Below, piece after piece: positions 28,598-42,499 of a stretch of DNA of 64,000 nt. The notes below the pieces were generated by a model that had not been told where the DNA came from, made no database searches, and worked only from the letters and a program-made list of their open reading frames with translations. The DNA is taken from assembly GCF_009914755.1 (NCBI RefSeq), contig NC_060926.1; one strand, 5' to 3'. The first letter of the stretch is position 1, and each line of letters opens with the position of its first letter. A program made the translations under genes and the position numbers. This DNA comes from the human T2T-CHM13v2.0 reference genome, Homo sapiens.

Positions 28598-29076
28598 AAA
28601 AGCTTTTTATCCATTATGTAAATAAAACAAGTTTATTTCATTCCATATTGTCTTCAATTTTCTAAACCAAGAGAAATGACACATTGCACTTAACCTAAAC
28701 ATTTTATAACAAAAAAAAAAAAGCTCTATCATTCTTTAATACCTACAACACTTGTAGACAGAAACTTACATAGGACATCCAGGAAATGTTTTAAAGACTC
28801 AGTCAGAACTTCCTTCACTATAAAGAGGTAATTTAATTGAAAAACTTAAGATGTACTGCTATAATAAACACATATACACACACCATGCACAGCCCCATCT
28901 TTTGAATGATATCCAGATTGGGCAAGAATGGGTAGGTATAGACAGGGATCTTGTGGGTATGTCTTATGGAGTATTATTTTCACAGACTAAGGGATACATT
29001 AAGCTTCCTGGGATCTGGGTAATTTCTTCTATGTGCTCTGGACCATATGTGGAACCTTGTGTGAACCCAACAAGTG

Positions 29077-29463
29077 CAGTTCACCCTTGAGCAATGTAGA
29101 GGTTAAAGGTGCCAACTCCCCATGCAGTCAAAAATCCAACTTATAAATTTTGTATCCCCAGAACTTAACTACTAACAGCCTACTGCTGACCAGAAGCCTC
29201 ACCAATAACATTAACAGTACGTTAACACATATTTTGAATGTTATATGTATTATATACTGTATTCTACAATCAACTAAGCTAGAGAAAAGAAAATGTTATT
29301 AAGAAAATCATGAGAGAAAATGTGTTTGCTATTCATTAAATGGAAATGGATCGTCATAAAGGTCTTCAGGTTGGTCTTGCCTTCTCACGAACGGCCAAAG
29401 GGGAAAAAGTCCACAAACAAGTGGACCTGGAAAGTTCAAATCTGTGTTGTTCACAGATAACTG
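29077..29463. mobile_element. Tigger2-family DNA transposon derivative (Tigger2a/MER28-like)
   Basis: Terminal inverted repeats cagttcacccttgagcaa ... ttgttcacagataactg(ta); internal aacttaactactaacagcctactgctgaccagaagcct. Confidence 0.85.
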
Positions 29464-29907
29464 TAATTAAAAATGAAGTTAAATGTACATTTTTATTATT
29501 TATTGGTAGGTATTTCAGGCCATTGCTGAGTCAAAAAAGCAACTTCTGCTTGATCATATGAAAATTCATTTTCTTCTTAAAACATGTTTTATCATTTGTG
29601 AAACAGAGGTACACAAATTGCTATCAATCCTTGATATTCTTGAAATTAATAAAAGGTATTTGTGTAGTTTTCTGTATTTTCAAACCTTCCCATTTAATGA
29701 GTCTATCTCTTGATGTTGTATGTAGTTCAAATAACTACCACTCCTGCATGCCAATGCCTAATAAGGAACACTTATTTCTAACACCCGAATAAACAGCCAT
29801 GATATCTAAATCAGATAACAAAGGTACCACAAGAGCAATAAAATGATCTTCCTCATTTTAAATATCAATGAGAAAAAGGTAGTAACAATAACCGCATAAA
29901 TCCTTAC

Positions 29908-29935
29908 CTCAAACTTTCTTCCAATGGTTAAATCA
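29908..29935 (-). pseudogene. Candidate micro-exon, 28 nt, phase 2-0
   Basis: Acceptor ttatttaattttcag|, donor GAG|gtaagg; the only open frame is DLTIGRKFE, which joins in frame to the 21396 exon. Confidence 0.35.
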
Positions 29936-31036
29936 CTGAAAATTAAATAACCAGGAAGGAAAGTGAATGGGAGAGTGGACCATTTTGGCTCCATCAAATG
30001 GGATAAAAGAAAGACCTATATATTTTGTATTTTTCTAATCAACCTTGAAGTATATTGGAGGAAATCAATAAATATTAACTATATTAGCTAACAATTCCAT
30101 CATAAGTCAATGGGTTTTCTTTGTACACAGTGTTGCACAAAGCATTACCTTGTATTTTCTCTCTCACTAATATAATGAGAATTAAACATTTTGGTCTGAC
30201 TTAAGCATATAAATGTTAGATCTCCAATATGGATCTATCATCTCCATGGCTGTTTCTGCAATTTCTTCCTACTCAAGCAAGATAACCCATTCACTGCATC
30301 CTCCAATTTCTCTTCTTAGGACTAATATTTATGTCAGTCCACTTCCTGTCTCTATTCATGTAAATCTGTCAACTACAGTGGCTTTTCCTAATAAAGCGTA
30401 ACTGCTTCTACATAAATGCAAATAATATTGGGTTCAGGTCATTTCAGGACATGTGAGACAACTGTTTATAAGTCCTGCAAGTTCCGTAATACTAAAAACA
30501 AACAAAAGGATAATTACTTAGTGCTATTTCAAACACAATTGTTATAAGATATGAAAAGGAAAAATATTGTTTTTACTCTTAGGGACCTATAATTTAAAAT
30601 AATAAAGAAGAACAAATAATAGTATCACATATATGAAACAAGCACCAACATGTAATCTATGATTACATTGCAATGCTATGGAATCTCAGAGGAAGGAGGA
30701 GGTAATTTGGGCAAGAGTGGTAAGGGAAGGCTGTGTTCAGTGAATATAATGAGGAACAATTTGAATGATAGGCAAATAAGGAAGGAAAGTAGGGAGAGAG
30801 GAAGGGAATGACCTTAGAAATCAAACAAACCTACTTTCTCCTATTATACAGCAGTAACATAATTTTCTTAAGCTGGAAGAGAGAAGTGATAGGAACACAA
30901 AAAGAATTCAAGTTCTGACTACCAAGGTATTGTCCCCCTGTGATAGGAGACTACATTTTTTCCAGTATCCAGTAACCAACCTCATTCAAGAAAAGTGGAG
31001 AGTGGGATCCTAAGATCAATAAAATACAATCTTTGA

Positions 31037-31261
31037 TAGGGGTTGGCAAACTTTTTCAGTGAAGGGCCAATCAGAGAACAAATATTTTAAGCTTTGGGGA
31101 CCATGTGGTCTCTTAGAGCTACTCAGTTCTGCCTTGGTAGGGTGAAAGCAGCCATATAGAATATGTGCGAAAGTAAACATAACTGAATTCCAACAAACTT
31201 TATTTACAAAAACAGGAAGCCAACTGAATTTGGTCCATGAGCCAAAGTTGTCCAGCTCCTG
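31037..31261 (+). mobile_element. MER58A (hAT-Charlie)
   Basis: aggggttggcaaactttt...aagggcca...tttatttacaaaaacagg...ctcctg. Confidence 0.9.
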
Positions 31262-33603
31262 TTCTATGAGTATATTAAATAAAAAATTAGACATATACTT
31301 AAATTCAATTAAATCTAATCCCAATTACACTGTTAGAAAATATTAAATTTGAACTCAGTTTTGCCAGAGTATGTTCTCTTAACTATTGCTGTTTCTGTTA
31401 GAAACTAAGGCAATGCCTTACTTTGTCTCTCAAGATTTTTCTGTTCAAAATAGCTTTAGAAATTAAAGAGGTAAGTTAATTGCTGTTCTACTAGAAAATG
31501 GTGGATTTTTTTTCTCACAGTCCAGATTATTCAATAAATAAAACCTAGGTAAGAATTAAATTGGCACTCTGAGTATTAAGCTAATAAAATCATGATTTGC
31601 AGAAAAGTTAGATTTTGAACCTAATTCGCATGGCTTATTATAATTGTATTATTTGCATGGCTTTCATAATCTCCAATTCACATTAATCTTACCTATTATT
31701 TTGGCCCTGCATTCTCCTGAAACTTTCAATTCACATTTCCATGAAAGTTAGAAACCCACTCAGAGAAGCTTTCATTTCCTTAAGGGAATGTACTGTTGTG
31801 TCTTCAACCTTCAGAAACGTTGCTGAAAGCATCATATATTAATGACACGTTGCTGAATTTTAGAAATAGATTTATATTATATAAAACCTAGAATGTCACA
31901 AGGAAAAGTAGAGTAATACAATATCCACATGCAGATCTAACTGTCACTTCTACCTCCTAACCTCTCTGATAAGTCAAGAATCTTCTCTACTTGAGCACCA
32001 CCAGACCCAGAAAGAGGTGCTTACAGAGTCCAGCCAATTCAACCATTTCTGTTAAATGGTTGGGAGTTCATTTACTTTCAAATGTAAAGCAAAAAAGATT
32101 ATTTGAAACGAATTCAGCTTAAGTAAACCTGTGGCCAAATGTATTATACAGTTAAAGTTCTATAATTAATCACAGCCATATCTTCTATCACAAAAAGTAA
32201 AAATTATACAAATATGAGTATTATGTTAGATATTTGTAATATAATATCAATATTGTATATAATATTAAATATATTATAGTATTGCCTATCATATATATTA
32301 AATATTATAATATGCAAAAGAATATATTCTTTAAAAGATTTGCAAATATTTAGCTAGACTAGGAGGGCCTACACGTGCAGGAAGGTCCTTCTTGTCCAGT
32401 TAGTACTGACTCATCATTATATTCTCATTTTCCTCATTTGTTCTGAAGGTTAAACTAGTGAAAACCACTTTAAATAGGGGTTTATGAAGAGTATTGCCCA
32501 TGTGGCTAAGGGTACAGCCTTCTGAGGCCAAAACTTGGATGAGTGAATTTCAAGTGGCCAGAGGGTCATTTTTCTCCAGTTGTTTAGATGGCCCTGAAAG
32601 TCAAAGCCAGAGAAACAAAGGAAACTAGAAGACCTGGATGCAGGAGAGGAAAAACCTCGGATGGATGAAGGAAATGTAAAAGTCTCCAACTGCTTGTAAG
32701 TGACTACTGGGGTGGCAGCCTGGTTTAGAGAGTGCATGAAACAGTTGGGGCATGTTCTGCGCTCTAAACAGAAAATCTCTTTCTTCTCCCTCGAAAAAAA
32801 TTGAATAATATTCTAAGATCCTTTGCAATTCATGCCTTTTGGGAAACTAAATGGGGATACATATATTTTGGTTTTTTTTTCATGTACTTTTTGGTGTTGA
32901 ATGCAGTCAGGCTGCAAACATTTCACTAGATTTAATATTTTTAAAAAATTTCAAAGTGAACAAGAATTTTGACATTGCATATAATATCCAAAATGTTCAG
33001 GAAATTATAAATCAGGATGTAGAAATTATCATACGTACTAGCATTATATAAATGATAAAATATTATAGAACCAATATATGAACACAATGCAGAATATGTG
33101 TGGAGATGTTTTATTTCTTTCTTTTTTCTGCCCAAGGCAAAGCTGGGTACCACTGTCAGTGCCCTTCTCTATAGTTTAAAAAAAAAAAATTACACTTCTC
33201 AACAGTACAGCAAAAAAGAGTGTGCATTCATCTGGAAAATCCTCAGGCCTGGACAGAAGAATCCCAATTGCTATTCAAACCCTTACGATAATCTAATCTA
33301 GAGAGAGATTTTTCTTAATGAATAAAAATGGCTTCAAATGACTATAAACCTATGTTAAATTAGCACCCTATTAACTTAATACAAATACCATCTTAAGCCA
33401 ACTGAAATTAAATGATCCCTAAAAAAGATGATTTTGAGACTTACCAGTCTTTATCTAACTAAAAATAATTTTTATTTCAAGTGATAGATAAATGTCATTT
33501 AACTTATTATCTAACGATCAAACTTCAAGCAACCTGACCTAGCTAAAATAATACTTCAAATATAGAAATTCATTTTTTAAAAAAATCCCTAAATGACAAA
33601 TTG

Positions 33604-33683
33604 CAAGAAAGAAAGAAAGAAAGAAAGAAAGAAGGAAAGAAAGAAAGAAGGAAAGAAGGAAAGAAAGAAAGAAAGAAAGAAAG

Positions 33684-33750
<67 letters not shown>

Positions 33751-33785
33751 AGGAAAGAAAGAAAAAGCAAGCAAGCCAGCAAGCC
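33604..33785. repeat. (GAAA)n tetranucleotide STR with an AGCA tail
   Basis: Seen directly. Confidence 0.99.
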
Positions 33786-34054
33786 CTTACGATCTTGTTC
33801 TGCTCAGATAACCTGAGGCCCCCCCATACAGCTGGCTGGGAAATAAAGCCAGAGGGTAAAACGTCAGAACTGGGAGACACTGCAGGTGCCACCATCAGGA
33901 AAAGACAAAAAACTATGCAAATCAAGCAAAGCTATAAAAGCAAAGGCCTTTAGCATTATTTGTGTAGAAATAAACTGTCCATGAATTTAAATCAAAACTA
34001 TTTATAACACTTTGAGTGTTAGAGCATAAGAAGATGAACTTTAGGAAGTTAAGA

Positions 34055-34241
34055 GAGTGATTCCCAAATTCAGCGTGCATCAGAATCACCTGGAGGACTT
34101 GTTGAAACACAGAATGCTGAGCTCCGCCTCAAGTTTCTGATTCAGTAGTTCAGGGGTAAGGGCCAAGAATTTGCATTTCTACCAGGTGCTCATGTAATGC
34201 TGATGCTACTTTTCCAGGAACTGCTCTTTGAGAATCTTCTA
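34055..34241. mobile_element. MER5A (hAT-Charlie)
   Basis: gtgcatcagaatcacctggagg...tttctgattcagtag...gaatttgcatttcta...ctttgagaa. Confidence 0.9.
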
Positions 34242-34643
34242 GTAGGATACAAAACTTCATTCTTTAATGAAGAATCCGAAAAACTGAGAGGCAAACAAAG
34301 GGACTCACTCAAAATGAGACAAGGTAAGACAATGTTAGATCCTATATGGACCTATTACACAAAGCCTCATCCTAAAGTGTCCTGTGGTGAGATACTATTC
34401 TCACTGTTATTTCAAACCCAGCTTCTTACATGGATAACTAAATTCCCTCGGAACCCATTTTTCTAAGCATGTAGAGCCTTCCTAAAATCAGAAATTCACT
34501 TGTGACTTTGTAATGCATTGGCATTATTATCCAACTCAATCTGAGTTGTGGTAGCAACTTGTAAGTATATATACCTTGCTCTATGAACGAGTTGATAAGC
34601 TATGACTTCCTTAAAAAACTATCTTTGTTTGTGGGATTGTTTT

Positions 34644-34645
<2 letters not shown>

Positions 34646-34687
<42 letters not shown>
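34646..34687. repeat. (GT)n microsatellite, about 21 units
   Basis: Seen directly. Confidence 0.99.
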
Positions 34688-34689
<2 letters not shown>

Positions 34690-36039
34690 CTGGCTGTACT
34701 TAGTTTAGTACATCAAACCACATTTAAAATGTACAAAGGGACTTCTATTTAAAGGAAACATACAGAAAATCTTTTTCTAATGTGAATGACTATTGCACAC
34801 AAATTGATCTCTCTGATAAGGTGTCTTTTTATGTACCAGTTTTGGCAAAAAGCAAACTTGTCAACACATTGCTCTAACAATTTTAGATTCGGAAAATTGC
34901 TTTTACCTTTTTATGTCTCTCTTGGGGTAATTCTCCTACTTCAAGTTAGCCTCATAAGTAAAATTTTCACATGTGTTACTTTTAATTTCTTTTCATCCTT
35001 GAGAAAATGAAAGTATCAAGAGATTCTTGCTTTACAGTGAAGGGCTTGTTTGAAACTCCAATGCTCCAAGCAATGCCCTAAGTAGGTCAAATTTCCAAGC
35101 TGTAATTTCAGCAGACAAATTTGCCTGATTCCCCAAGACAATAAAAGAAGATACTTAATTCAAAAGCATTCAGCTGTCCAATCTTGACCTTCAGGGTCTT
35201 TGTGGTCTGGCTTAACTTAATCCAGTAGCCTATGACAACTAAACGTTAGCTTCAGCAGGGATATTCATTCCAAAATTCCAAACTGTACTTACATATTTCT
35301 CTATTCTGAATATCCTCTATCTTCCTATGTACATTCTATCCACTCATCTTCAAGTCCTACTCTACAAGGCTTTCTTCAAACACTCCACCTCCCAACACTC
35401 TCCATTTTCTAAATTCCTCATAAATTTATTTTCTATAAGGCTCAAATGGAAACTTAAGATCAAATTTAAGATCACATACTGTCTTGTGAAGGAATTTAAC
35501 TATTTCACATGTCTGCTTTTATCCTTAACTATGGAATCAGTTTTTAGATATTATGAAATAGCTTATCCAGCACTGGTTTCAACAGCAATTACTTAACACA
35601 TATGTCTTGAATATTATATGAACAAGTATTCATTTAGTGCCTATTACTATGTGTCTGGACACATATATTATAGTCCTCATATCCAGTCCAGTCAACCCCT
35701 GAATGAGCACCCTGAAGCGGTTCCCTTCAGAAACTTCCATATTTCTGGAGATTGCTTCACCTCAACAAGCAAGATATATATGGGTTATTTCTTTGCCACA
35801 ACAGAAGGTAAACAAAGTACTAACACCTTGTATCTCTGCTCTTATTATTCATTGGCCTTTTCTTGGAGATAATTTCCATCCATGTTTCCACTGAAAATAT
35901 TTTGTGCACCAAATAATTGAAAGTGTCTATGGTGATATGACAGTGGGTTCCAATATTATAAAGTGGGCATTATATCTCTTCATAAACAGTGTTAAATGTG
36001 ATGTCTACTTTGATAAGACATCCACAATGAACATTACCC

Positions 36040-36300
36040 AGCATGATGGTTAAGAGTCTGGGCTGTGGAATCAGAGATCCAGATTTGAAGAACTACTGCC
36101 CTTTACTGATGGTTTGATTTAGGACTAGTTACAAATCTATCCTTGGATGCCAACTAAACATGGGATCAGAATGACCAGTATATAAAGCAGCTTTAAAGAA
36201 TCAATGTATTGATACCACATAGCTACCATCAATCAATCAATCCCTGCAAAGCACTTAGCAATATGTGGTACAAAATGATCAATTAATAAGTGGTGGTTAT
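36040..36300 (+). mobile_element. MIR SINE
   Basis: agcatgatggttaagagtctgggctgtggaatcaga...aaagcacttagcaat. Confidence 0.7.
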
Positions 36301-36362
36301 AATTCTTTTTAAAGAGATTTTTAGCCCAACAAAGTATAGCTCACACATATGGACTGCTGAAG

Positions 36363-36402
<40 letters not shown>
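36363..36402. repeat. (CA)n microsatellite
   Basis: Seen directly. Confidence 0.99.
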
Positions 36403-36403
<1 letters not shown>

Positions 36404-38429
36404 GTAAGAAAAGTAGCTAAATCCAGAGAGCTGTCTGGAAACATTGAGTTCTTAATCACAAGCTGCTGAGTTGCCCAGTCTTAGAGACAACCAGAAATCC
36501 TTTTGTTGGTTTTTAAAAGACAAAATAGCCCTATGAGAGATACGGAGAGGGTGCATTCTCCTGCAGAGTGGGCTGCTGAGTAAAGATGGCATCCATGATT
36601 GGCTTAAAGTATATCTCCTACAGGACTCATAGCGACAGCTTTCATTTTCTTCTATCTTTCCTTTTAATTCTTTTCCTTGCCTGATTTGCTCTTTCTCCCT
36701 CTAGCACTAGCCCTAATCAATGCAGCAGGTCAGGTTGAAAGAATGGACAGCTTCTGCGCCACATACATTTAAGCCATTTTAATGCAAATATTGATCGTAG
36801 GAGCATAGACACAGGCCGGGCTGCATTTTTTTAATGGACATGCTTTTTTTCTGGGGCTGTGCTACCCATGATAAAATACATCACCATAGATCAGTATTCC
36901 ACCATCTTTCTATGCATAGGAATGCATAAGCAAATCCAAAAGGTGGGCCAGATTCAATGCCAAGCTTGTGAGCCTCCAAAGCAGGTACTTCAGTAGTCTA
37001 CTGGACCACATTTGTTTAACCACTTACACTTCCCTCCTCCTGCTTTCTAGATGAGTTATTTTGGTGCGCACAGAGACAGACTATCAGAATGGATGTGGTA
37101 CCTTAGGTCACAAGAATAGTTGTACCACAACAAGGTCTGCTATGCTAAGACACTTAATTGCTGTGTACACAAGATTATCAAAGCATTGTATCTGAGAACC
37201 ACTGTCCGAAACATATTTAGCAACAGAATCTAAGTCTGACTTGAAATTCAAAAGGAGAGATCAAGGACAGGAAGAAATTCTAAGGGCCACTTTGAAATGT
37301 GATACTAAAAAGATTTGCTATCCCATCTGTAGGCATTTTTAGGCTGGACTGGAGAGGGAAAAAAAAGAAAAAGAAAAAGAAAACCTGTTTGCACTAAGAA
37401 AATTTTCTTGGCCTATTGCCAAGAAAGGAAGTATCACAAACTGGGCACAAATTAACCTAAAACCAAAGAAAGGAGGAAGAAAATAAGTGGACTCAACAGC
37501 CTCAAATCACACCAGTTGCTTCAGAGCAATACCGTTGCTTTCAGATGTTTCTCCTTCGATTCTTTTCATAGGGTCTGTGGTTGTTGTTGCTTATTATAAC
37601 TCTAAAGCCAAATATACTATTACATTTAGTGAGATGTCTGTGGAGATGGAAATGAGACCATCACGATTCTCACTATCATATGCAGTCGTTTTTTACTTCT
37701 TTTCCAGAGATCTGCTGGCCCCCACATCTTTATGCAAAGGGGTAAATGCCATCATAAAGAGGGACAAGCAAGATGTGTACACCAGGTGCACAGAATGTTC
37801 TCTGTGGGCGGATCAGCCTAAAAGGTGGAGATAACTGGAGGTGAAGAGGAAGCTGAGTGGTATGCAAAGTGGGAGGGAGGCTAGACAGAATGAAGCCTTT
37901 GACCTTGGAAGAGCTGCGTACTAGTGAAGTAGAGGGAGGGGGAGGGAGAACGGAATGAGGAATTCCTTGCTGTAATATATTCGGGTAAAAATGGGGCTGT
38001 CATCTTGAGCTACAAGTTAGAAAGTTATTACTTTTAATATGCCACTACCTTAGGCCTATACTGTTATGTAAAAGAAAAATAACCTTGTGTGACAGTTTAA
38101 CATTGATCGATGTGCCTGCCAAATGCAAAGAGATAAATAAGCAGGTGATGAATAAACAGCACTTCAAGTAAAGACATTACGCTGCATGCATAAAACGGCG
38201 CCAGGCACCTAGGAGCTGTGGGTGGCCGAAGGTTGGCCATTTCATGCCCACTCAGTAAAGCAGACTTAATCGCTTCCAATATTTTCTGTTAAAAAGCACG
38301 CTTAATGAGCCAATTTCACAAGCCCAGAGAAACTGATTATTATCTCTGAGTTCCAAGAGAGTTGGTTGTTTTCCAAGAGCCAGGTTTTTTTTTTTTTTCC
38401 TTGATGGGATAAAAAACCTTTTTTAGAAA

Positions 38430-38835
38430 GAGAGAGAGGGGCGTAGGAGAGAGAGCAAGAGAGAAAGGGAGAGAGGGGGAGTGAGGGAACGACCGAGCCA
38501 GCAAGAGGGCACTGAGAGCCAGCTGGCAGGGGAGAGATGGCCACTAGATGGCAGTGTTACCCCGCCGTCGGCACCCGGCCCGGGCTGGGAACTGGACAGG
38601 AGCATTTGGCGGAAACGTGGCATGGTGAATAACGCTGAGAGCTGTGCCTCGAGAGTTCAGACCCGACCCTCCGCCCTCCTCGGGCCTTTTGTCCACAATT
38701 TTTCCATCCTCCAGCCCATACAAGGCGAGGAGACAAAAGGGGCAGTCCCCGAATGGCCTCCCTCTGAGAGCCCAGGGCTCTGATTCTTCTATGCAGCCTT
38801 CTTTCACAAAGTACAGGGGTCCCTTCGTCCGATTA
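38430..38835. promoter_or_regulatory. Small GC/CpG-enriched regulatory patch with a GA-rich tract and a GC box
   Basis: About 20 CpGs in 400 bp of non-repeat DNA in an otherwise CpG-poor window; ccctccgccctc near 38668; purine tract 38426-38490. Confidence 0.6.
38538..38556 (+). promoter_or_regulatory. CTCF binding motif
   Basis: TGGCCACTAGATGGCAGTG matches the core CCASYAGRKGGCRS at every position. Confidence 0.85.
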
Positions 38836-39833
38836 GACTGAGTTCTTCCTGAATTTTTTTCTTTTTCTTCTTTTTCTTTTTATTTTTTTACCCTGGGAGG
38901 CTTGCAATCTCTGCATCCCTCACAGGACTAAGCATCTGCTTCTGAAGGCATGGAAAATTCCAACAGGATAAACCTATCTCGTTTTTCACCATGCATTTAC
39001 TTTAGGGCAGGTTATTTTCTTCTTGCCTCTTATTTTGCACACTTTTTTTTTTCACTTTCAGTAAAAAGTGTGAACAAAAGGAATTTACCCCCATAGGAAA
39101 AGATTGGGAGTAGGGAAAGGGAGAGAGCACCCCTTAGGAAGCCAGCTGTCCTTCAAAGAGTTTCATTATGTATCTTCCTCCAGCTACACCGCAATGTGGT
39201 GAACGCCACAGAAACACAGGGTTATTGTCACCAACTGCAGTTATTCAATTGCCACTAGGAGAGAGGACCCAGCAAGGAGACCTCAGCATATAATTAACTC
39301 GGATATTTTTTAAAAATTGAAATGAACTGTTGTTAGGTTCTAAATTGAGATGCAAGTTAATTATTTATGAATATTCATAGAAAACTTGAACAATTTCCAA
39401 ACTTGGCCTTTAGTTTCTCATCAGTTAACCAAATAGTTGATGTGTATTTTTTCTGTAAGATAATTTTCTCTTAATGTGCACTGGAACTACCAACTTCATT
39501 AAGATTTTTGAGATTCATTTTGCCTTGTGATGAATCAAAAGGGAATGGACTTAGTAACAGAGAAAATAAAATGTTCATCTCTTATCTTTTACTTTTACAT
39601 AAGAGAAGAATGAAATGACACTCAGCAAAAATTAGTCAGTTATGGTAACAAAAAAAACTGGCATATTTGAGGAACATTCAGAAGAAGCAGATCAATGTTC
39701 TGTATGTGTATAGGGGGAAAAGGAGGAAGGGTAGGGAGTGTTTGGGGAGTGGAAGGTGGCCATAGATATGAAACCACCGAAAGAAGGAAGGTACCCAACT
39801 CCCAGGAACTTATTCCAGGTAATCATGTACCTG

Positions 39834-40356
39834 TGATGGGTTCAGGATATGCTTCTCCCAAATATGGCACCTTGGCATTTGAAAAACAAGAAGCAGGACA
39901 GTCGCCCTTACTTTCTTCTCACCTTTCTCCCTTAGAGCAGGTCATAAAGCCTAGGAAGGTTGCTCTCTAACCTTCTCCCACACTTCTCTGAAGCAGAGCA
40001 TAAGAACCTAATTCCAAAAGTATCCTCCCTTGATCTGGAGGAAAGGAACATTCTTATTCCTGGAGACAGAGGGACACAAAGAAGGATCAGAGCAAACAGG
40101 CCTTGCTAAGCTCCCCCCAGTTTATTGCCATTAGATCACATTCCCTTCGTCTTTGCATACTTCCTCATAACTGTTCACTCTTCATCAAACCTAAGCATAC
40201 AAATTTACAAGTTTACCTGTTTCTCTGGGCATTTTCCTTATGAAGGCTCCCATGTCACACAAAACTTATATTAAGCAAGTTTGTATGCTTGTATCTCATT
40301 AATCAATCTTTGGTGTAGGAGCCTCAGCCATGAAAATAAGTTTCTTCTGCCCTAAA
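39834..40356 (+). mobile_element. ERV1-class solo LTR (MER34/LTR54-like; family uncertain)
   Basis: Begins tgatgggttcaggatatgc...cccaaatatggcaccttggcat; contains aaacaggccttgctaag and gaaggctcccatgtcac...aaaactta. Confidence 0.75.
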
Positions 40357-40714
40357 GTGGCCACTATTCTCACTCACTCAGAACAGAAAGCTCCTGTATG
40401 TCCACAAGTTCTAGTGGACTGGGGCCCAGTCCACTCTACACATTTACACCTCTTCCATGCCCCTGCCACAAAGCCAGCTACTGAACTGGAAAAACTCATC
40501 TCTGCTGAAATAGTAACCAACCGCCACACTGGATTTTCAATTGACTGCAGCACTTCATCCCTAAAGAACAGCCAGCTATTCATTAGGGCCTCTCAAAAGG
40601 AAAGTTAAAATTAAGGACACACTGGATACCTCAGTTACGTCTGCCATTAAAGACAAAATGCAGCAAAACAAAATACTAGGATTAAAAGGACATTTCACGG
40701 ATGCAATTAACTGA

Positions 40715-41221
<507 letters not shown>

Positions 41222-41249
41222 TGAATTCGGAGAAAATTGGGGGAGGGTA

Positions 41250-42250
41250 ACTTAGTGTCCTAGGGCTGCCTTTAAAAATCACCACATACTGGTTGGCTTT
41301 AAACAAAAACAATTTATTATTTCACAGTTCTGGAGGTTGTATGTCTGAAATCAAAGTGTTGGCAGAGTTGGCTCTTTCTCCAGGCTCTGAGAGAATCTAC
41401 CGCACGCGTCTCTCCTAGCTTCTGGTAGTTGCTGGTGATCCTTGGCATTCCTCAGCTTGTGCATACCTTACTCCAGTCTCTGCATCTGCCTTCACTTGGC
41501 CTTCTCCCCTGTGTGTCAGGGTCTCTGTGTCTCTTTTCCTTTTCTTATAAGGCACCAGTGATACTGCATTTAGGGCCCACCCTAATCCAGCATGATTTCC
41601 TATTAACTAATTACAGCTGCAAAGTGTTCAATGAATGACTGGATAAACTGTGAGACCTATATATGTATGAATGTAAACACACACATGCATATACACAATG
41701 GAATATTATTTAGCCTTTAAAAAGAAAAGGATGCCATTTGCAACAACATCGATGAACCTGGAGGACATTACGCTAAGTGAAATAATTCAAACACAGAAAG
41801 ACAAATACTACATGATATCACATGTGGAATTTTTTTTTAAGTTGAGTACATAGAAACAGAGAGAAGAACAGAATGGGTGGTTACCAGAAGCAAAGAGCAA
41901 GAAGAAAGTGGGAGAAGTAGCTCAAAGGGTACAAAGTTGCAATGATGTCGGAGAAGTCTAGAGATCTAATGGATAGGATAAGGACTAGAGTTAATAATCT
42001 TGTATTTCGTGCTGTAAACTTGCTAAGAGAGATTTTAGGTAGTTTACCTTACACACACAAAAAAGGAATTATTTGAGGTGATGGATATGTTCATTTGCTT
42101 GACTGTGATAATCATTCCACTATGTGTATCAAAATATCCTGTTGCACTCCTTAAATATGTGCAATTTTAAAAAGACTTACTTCCTAATGAGGTAACATTC
42201 TGAGGTGCCTAATATACATGAATTCGGGAAAGACACTTATTAACCCAGTT
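41250..42250 (-). mobile_element. MLT1C-like solo LTR split by an L1 insertion (41250-41624 and 42175-42250)
   Basis: cctagggctgcc...cacagttctggagg...tagggcccaccctaatccagcatga...ctgcaaag, then acttacttcctaatgaggtaacattctgagg. Confidence 0.85.
41625..42174 (+). mobile_element. L1MA-type 3' end inserted in the MLT1 LTR
   Basis: aatggaatattatttagcc...gatgaacctggaggacattacgctaagtgaaata...ttgaggtgatggatatgtt; aaag at both junctions. Confidence 0.9.
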
Positions 42251-42499
42251 TAGGGACATTTCAAGCAAGGATACCAGATGACTGAAAATATCCTAAGAAC
42301 TTCAGGTGGTTCCTTGCAGTTACAGGGTAATATGCAAGGGAAATGAGGAGAAAGAGTTGGAAAGAGGCTAAAACAAATCAAAAAGTTCCTCTTGTTAGGT
42401 ATTAAAGACTTCAGATTTTCCACTGAAAGGTGGTAAGAAAAAAATAAGTGGGTTTTAAGCAGGTAAGTGTTAGAAACACCACTACCACTCTGGCAGGAG

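Noticed and set aside
22986-33925. K/E/R-rich and F/L/S-rich ORFs at 23.0-23.3 kb and 33.5-33.9 kb
   Set aside because: Stop-free translations of purine microsatellites.
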